Assembly: GCF_009914755.1 (NCBI RefSeq)
Contig: NC_060944.1
DNA from: the human T2T-CHM13v2.0 reference genome, Homo sapiens
Direction: 5' to 3' (one strand)
Length of the DNA stretch: 64,000 bases
The translations under genes and the position numbers were made by a program. The notes below the pieces were generated by a model. That model had not been told where the DNA came from. It saw only the letters and a program-made list of their open reading frames with translations, and made no database searches. Of this stretch, positions 58,438 through 64,000 are shown in pieces (the first letter of the stretch is position 1; each line of letters starts with the position of its first letter).

Positions 58438-60429
58438 TTTTTTTCTGCTTCCCTCTTCTCTTTAAACTTATATAGCACTTATAAACCTTCCAACCTCGTA
58501 AGATGTGCATCCCATTGGTAAAAGCATTGATGCTTCAGTTACACTGTCTGATTTTGAATCTAGTCTCTACCATCTCGCAGCTGCATGAACAAGGATGAAT
58601 TCATGTCTCTAAGCTTCAGTTTCCCTATGCATTAAATGTGGAAAGCAAGGGTCATAGAATGTATATGAAGAACAAATAAAATAAAGTGTACGATGGATTT
58701 AGCTTATGCCTACCAGATCAATATGTGGCAACTTATATTTATATTAGAATTATTTATTTCTATTAAATTATATATTATAATAATATATATTTATATTCTA
58801 TATAAATATATTCATATAAGAATTATTGAATATTTACATTAACATTTTTATGCAGCAAAAATTATTAAATCAGCCATTATTGTAGGTATAGATTTTGGCA
58901 ACTTATTATTAAAAACCTGATTTGAGGAACTCTTGACACCCAGGGTTTTTTCCACTCTTCTCTGTCCTTCCCTCAAGGGTCAGCTCAGGAAGAGCTCTTT
59001 TTGTAGCAGAAGGCTCTTTAAGAAAGCAATCATTTGACTGATTTTGGGGGAAAATGTGGCCCACGAAAGCAGACTGGGACCACAAATTAAGCATATTCGA
59101 TAAGGAAAGAGGCAGAAGGAAGCAGAGAGAAATAGTGATATTTCCTGGAGAAATACCAAGAGAACAGAGGAAGGAAATAATGTGAACAGAGTGGGTTATT
59201 CAGGACCACGCAGCACTAGAGACATTTGTGCCTGGCTAGAGAGAAGCCCATGGAAAAGCTATCCATTATTCTACATCACTAACTCCCAGTTTTGTTTGAA
59301 TTTTATATCTACACAGGGGGTAAAAAACAAACAAAAAACTCCCATCCCCTCAAACACAAAACACTTCTGCAAGGGGATCGCCATTCTATTCATATCATCT
59401 GAAGCAAAGAATGTGAAATGGTGATTTGAAAAAAAATTGTAAATTATGTTCCTGGTTTATTGTTTATTCTTTTCCTTTCCATTTTCTGAACCCTCAAACT
59501 TTTGCCCCACCGCATCTAAACTACCACCTGTGAAAACATGCTCGTCTTAGAGAACATATTGATAAATTCACATTCATCTTTGAAAACAATTTTCCCACTT
59601 GTAGTCCCCTGTCAGGCTTGTCTGAGATCAAAACAAGACCTTGTGGTGCTCTGAAAATGAACTTGGTTAAGCTGCACAGTTTCAACCCCACCTCCTATAA
59701 TGATCACCTAGAAGCAAGTGTGGCAGTGTATGGTCTACGATTTTAAGGGAGATGTTTCCTACACTGAGTTGTGTTCACCCTGGCTTGGTGACCTGGATGG
59801 GATCATCGTTTGGTTTTCCAAATGTTTTCTATCTCCTTATACATGGCAGGAGCTGAGCTATTGAAAATAGGGCTAGGGAGGAAAGAGAGAGAGACTAAAT
59901 GGATTTCTGTAAGTGACAAAAGGGAACCACCCTTAAATACAAAGAAATGCCAGTTTATGTTGGTGCTCAGGATAGTGCATGAGTGACTCACACACATCTG
60001 TTGTACATCATGCAGCTCTGGGCACAAGGAGAGGCACAAGCATGTGCACAGTTTTTTATTTTATTTTTATTTTTATTTTATTTTATTTTGCGCTGCTGCT
60101 TAGTGTGCTTGTTTCTGTAAGTCTCTTCTCCTGTGTGGAGCTTCTGAATTCAATCAAGCAGGGTAATTTCCGATCTAACACCACCATCCTTGCCTGTGTG
60201 TATGGGGTGGTTTTGAACTTTCAGCAATTCACATAAAATAAAAATGGAGGCAGCAGAGCGGAGTTGGTTCATGCAGCCTTTGGGGTCAGACTTCGCATTT
60301 CAGTGGCTCCTCCATTCCCAGTTGCTCTATGCCTTTGTCATCTCATCTGTGATATGGAAATGCTGGTCCAAGGGTTGTGAGGATTAGAGTTTTAATTAAA
60401 CACAGAGTAGAGTGCCTATTTCACAAAAA

Positions 60430-62450
60430 AGTTGAGTCAATGTTACTTTCTGTTGTTGCTTAGCATTTAAAAGATAATTTACATTTTGTGCCATAAATAA
60501 ACACTTCAAAAAACTCTCCCCAAATATCAAGAGCCATTGGCAAAATTTAGTTTTAATATTAGCTTTTTTTTTTTTTTTTAGCATTTATGGTATTTCCTAT
60601 ACATTCTGGTGCATATTACTAGATATAAACTGATTTATCTCATAGTGATTTTTAGTATCTCTGATTCTAATTTTTATAACATTCTTTTTTTCTTACTCCT
60701 ACCTTTACCGTAATGCATTGATGCTTCTTTATATTCATATTCCATTTTTTTCTTTTCTTTTATATTGGAAGTTATATATTCTATTTTAACTCTAAAATTG
60801 ATATCATAGGCCTTCCCAAATGATTATAGGAATTTGTAGTATTTAAACTCTGATTGCATCCTCAAGTAAATATGCCTTTGTTCAGCATGTTATTTTCATC
60901 ATTTAATGCAATAAATCAGACATTGTTATTTTATATTGACAATGTTTATTTAGCTATACCTGCCTGTATTAATTTTTTCATTAATTCATCTTGCTCTTCC
61001 AATCTTTCTTCTGGGGAATAACTTAAAGCACAGTATTTTAAAGTGAAAGTTCTTTGAGTTTTAATTTTTTTAAAAAATTGAGAATAATAGATATATATTT
61101 TCAGAGTACATGTGATAATTTAATATATTCATATAATGTGTAAAGATCAAATCAAGGTAATTGGGATATCTGTCACCTTAAATATTTTACTTTTCTTTAT
61201 GCTAAAAACATTCAAATTATTCCCTTTTCACTCCTTTGAAATATTCAGTAGATTATCGTAAACTATAGTAACCCTACTGATCTACGGAACACTAGGTCTT
61301 ATTCTTTTATTTTAACAGTACATTTGTACCTACTTGTCTTTGATTATATAAAAATGACTTCACTTCTGTTCTTGATTATATTGCTTAATAATAATAGCTA
61401 TTTCAGTTGGGAATTAGTTCCACTACTAAGATCTTCCCTGTATCTTTAGTCTTCTCTGGTCTCCTACAATTGTGTCCATGTGAGTTTCTTTTTATGTATA
61501 TTTCTCTATCTTTTGTTAGTAGTAGAATATAGTCATTATATCTCAAAGTAGTTTTATATAACTTCCCTCTATTCTGTCCTTTTGGTACCCCAATTAGATG
61601 AATATTAGACTCATTCCTTCTCCACATCCCTTAATCCTTTTTTTCGTAACTTCCACCTCTGGCCTACATTTTGAGTATTTTTTTCAGATTTTCTTGTTCA
61701 CTAATACTTTTTTTCATTTATGCCCAGTTTTCTGTGTAAATAACCACTCTTTTCCTCTAAATTTTAATGAATTTCTTTAAATTTTTTAAATCCCTAATTT
61801 CTTTTGTAGTCTGCTTAGCAATGTTTGCTTCTCCTTCTGAATGTTTTTTTTCTTTTTTCTTTGAAGGATTTTTTTCTATTGTCAATGTCCTTAAACTTTT
61901 TTGTAAATACCTACTTTTATGATTTTTAATAAATCTATTATGTAAAATTCTTTGTGCCTAGTTCCATTATTTATTGCATGTATTAACATTTACTTGTGTA
62001 GTTTTTTTTATATTTCATGATCTTTGACTCCAAACTCATATGGATTTGATCTTAAACTGTGGGAAACTGCGCTTACATCCAGGATGTATTTTTTCAGGGA
62101 GAATTTGAATTTATTCTTAATAAAAAACAGAAGGCTTTACCTAGATGATACTTTAAAAACAACAACAATGAAAACTCAAACCAAAACAAAACAAAAAAAC
62201 AAACAGTAATTCCAAAAAACCGCAAACTCAATTTTTTTCCAGGTCCTCAGCTTAATTGTGGAATCTTGCGTGTGGTTCTATCACTTTGCTGTTGGCCAAA
62301 TGCTCAGTATCTCAATTATGACATTTATGTTTGGATTTTTCCCATTCCACAATCTGATTTACATGTTTTATTTGTGATGTTTTCAGTTTCAGCTTATGGC
62401 TTTTGTTCTATGAGAATATATAGTCTACCAGGCTGTTGTCAGAGCCTCCG
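60430..62450 (-). mobile_element. Old L1M/HAL1 remnant including an ORF1-like segment
   Basis: ORF 61403-61627(-) RRNESNIHLIGVPKG resembles the L1 ORF1p RRxNIxIxGVPE motif; T-rich flanks. Confidence 0.6.
61070..61335 (-). mobile_element. L1MA 3' terminal fragment
   Basis: gtacatgtgataattt...aaagatcaaatcaaggtaattgggatatctgtcacct. Confidence 0.82.
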
Positions 62451-63562
62451 TAATCTTCCCATTCAATAATTCTCTACATCGTTTATTATTTTGTGTTTGC
62501 CTTCTTCCTCTCAACTTTCAATCTGAAAATGTAAATGCTTGCCATTCATCCATCCTTCTTTCATCCAAGCTTTCAGTAAATATTTACTGAGTATCCTATA
62601 TGGCAGGCACTGGATCCAGTACACAACACACAGTGGCAAACAAAACAGATGTGACCTGTTGTGCAAGAAGACAATCACAAGCCATAAGCTAAAAAAGTGG
62701 TCCTGCAGGGGATGGGGAAGGATTAATTTTCAATCTCATTATACAAAGAATTCCTACTATAAGTAATAATTTCAGTCATTTGTGCAGAACTGTATGGTAT
62801 GGACACAAGGTTCTATATTGTAATGTTGTTTTGAAGACAGGCCATTGATGGTGAGTTAGAATCAGAAAATGTGGCTTTACTTTTTTAGTTATACATCTTT
62901 GTGGCTCTGAGATCCTTAGTCCATAACTTAATCTCTCTGGTCCTGTTTTCATGTCTAAGCAATGAAAATAGCCATACCTATCTTAGAAGGTGGATACAAA
63001 GTTAAGTAATGTGGTTCGATGCGATGGCATGCAAACGTCGATGACATATATTTACCTTTTCTCTCAGAGTTGTTCCCATGTTTAAGAAATTGATTTGACC
63101 CACCTCTACCATCTAAAGCAAACCATAGCAAGAATATCATGTACTTTCACTATAATGGTCACTATTGCTTAGACATCTTATCTGCTTATTTTCAGAACAA
63201 TCTGATCCACTAGAAATTGTAAATTGATGGGGGGTTGGAAGAAGCTTAAAAGATGAGTCGTTATATAAACATGATCATTTAAATCTGATTTCTACCCTTT
63301 TTATTTCTTATTTCCACCCGAACAGTAAGAACAACAATGCAAAAGAAGTAATTCGACATAGAAAACAACATAAGACTAGGGAAATAAGTAAGCAGAATAG
63401 AAAGAAAAAATATAAATAAAGCCCAGGGTTTTTTGTTTGTTGTTTGAATTTTCAACACCTAGTTGGGTGTTTGGCATATCATAGTTGCACAATACATGCT
63501 TACTGAGTAGAGTGGAAGTAAAGCAAATGGAAACCAATTCTAGGGAATATCATGTATCTTAC

Positions 63563-63663
63563 TTTATTTTATTATTTTAGTTATTAATTTTTTTATTATA
63601 CTTTAAGTTCTAGGGTACATGTGCACAACGTGCAGGTTTGTTACATATGTATACATGTGCCAT
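63563..63663 (-). mobile_element. L1PA 3' tip (about 70 nt plus tail)
   Basis: attatactttaagttctagggtacatgtgcacaacgtgcaggtttgttacatatgtatacatgtgccat. Confidence 0.9.
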
Positions 63664-63699
63664 AATTTTAAGGAGTCAATATAATGTGCAATTTTGTTT

Positions 63700-63880
63700 T
63701 GAGCCTGGGCTTTGGACCCAGCATTTACTTAGGTACAACACTGGCTGTGTGAATTCACACAAGTGATTTTGTTTCTCTAAGGTTTGCCTTCACCCTCAGT
63801 AATGTAGATAAAACAACAATACCTATTCAATCAGTTGTGACGATTAAGGGTGATAATGCCTATGCCATGCTTACCATCTT
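63700..63880 (+). mobile_element. MIR SINE
   Basis: ctggctgtgtgaattcacacaagtg...gttgtgacgattaa. Confidence 0.6.
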
Positions 63881-64000
63881 GGTCTTCTGTCTTTCTTCTT
63901 GGTATACTGCTACCACCATCACAGTCATCATCACCATTGTTACTAATACGACATTGCCTGGAATTAATAACTTTTCTCTCTTTGTATGTAGGCAGTCAGA

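Overview
This is AT-rich, CpG-depleted primate (human-like) genomic DNA, most likely deep intron or intergenic. I found no convincing protein-coding exon, RNA gene, CpG island or CRISPR array. The supplied ORFs are translations of repeats (Alu, L1 ORF1/ORF2, Tigger1 transposase, MLT2) or chance frames. About half of the window is interspersed repeat: about 23 Alu or Alu fragments, L1PA/L1MA/L1MB/L1MC/L1ME pieces, L2, MIR, solo LTRs (MST, MLT1, THE1, two MLT2A, MER67-like, HERV-E LTR2-type) and DNA transposons (Tigger3, Tigger1, MER5A, MER117, MER102, MER96B, MER81, MER103C, Ricksha). Family names come from recalled consensus sequences, not from a database search. The most notable items are a Ricksha MULE carrying a captured ERVL 3' end, several nested insertions with readable target-site duplications (TSDs), a self-complementary 33-bp minisatellite, a pre-miRNA-sized hairpin in unique sequence, enhancer-like motif clusters, and a minus-strand bias of LTR/L1 insertions that hints at a plus-strand host transcript. 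I cannot support a claim of a new biological system from this sequence.
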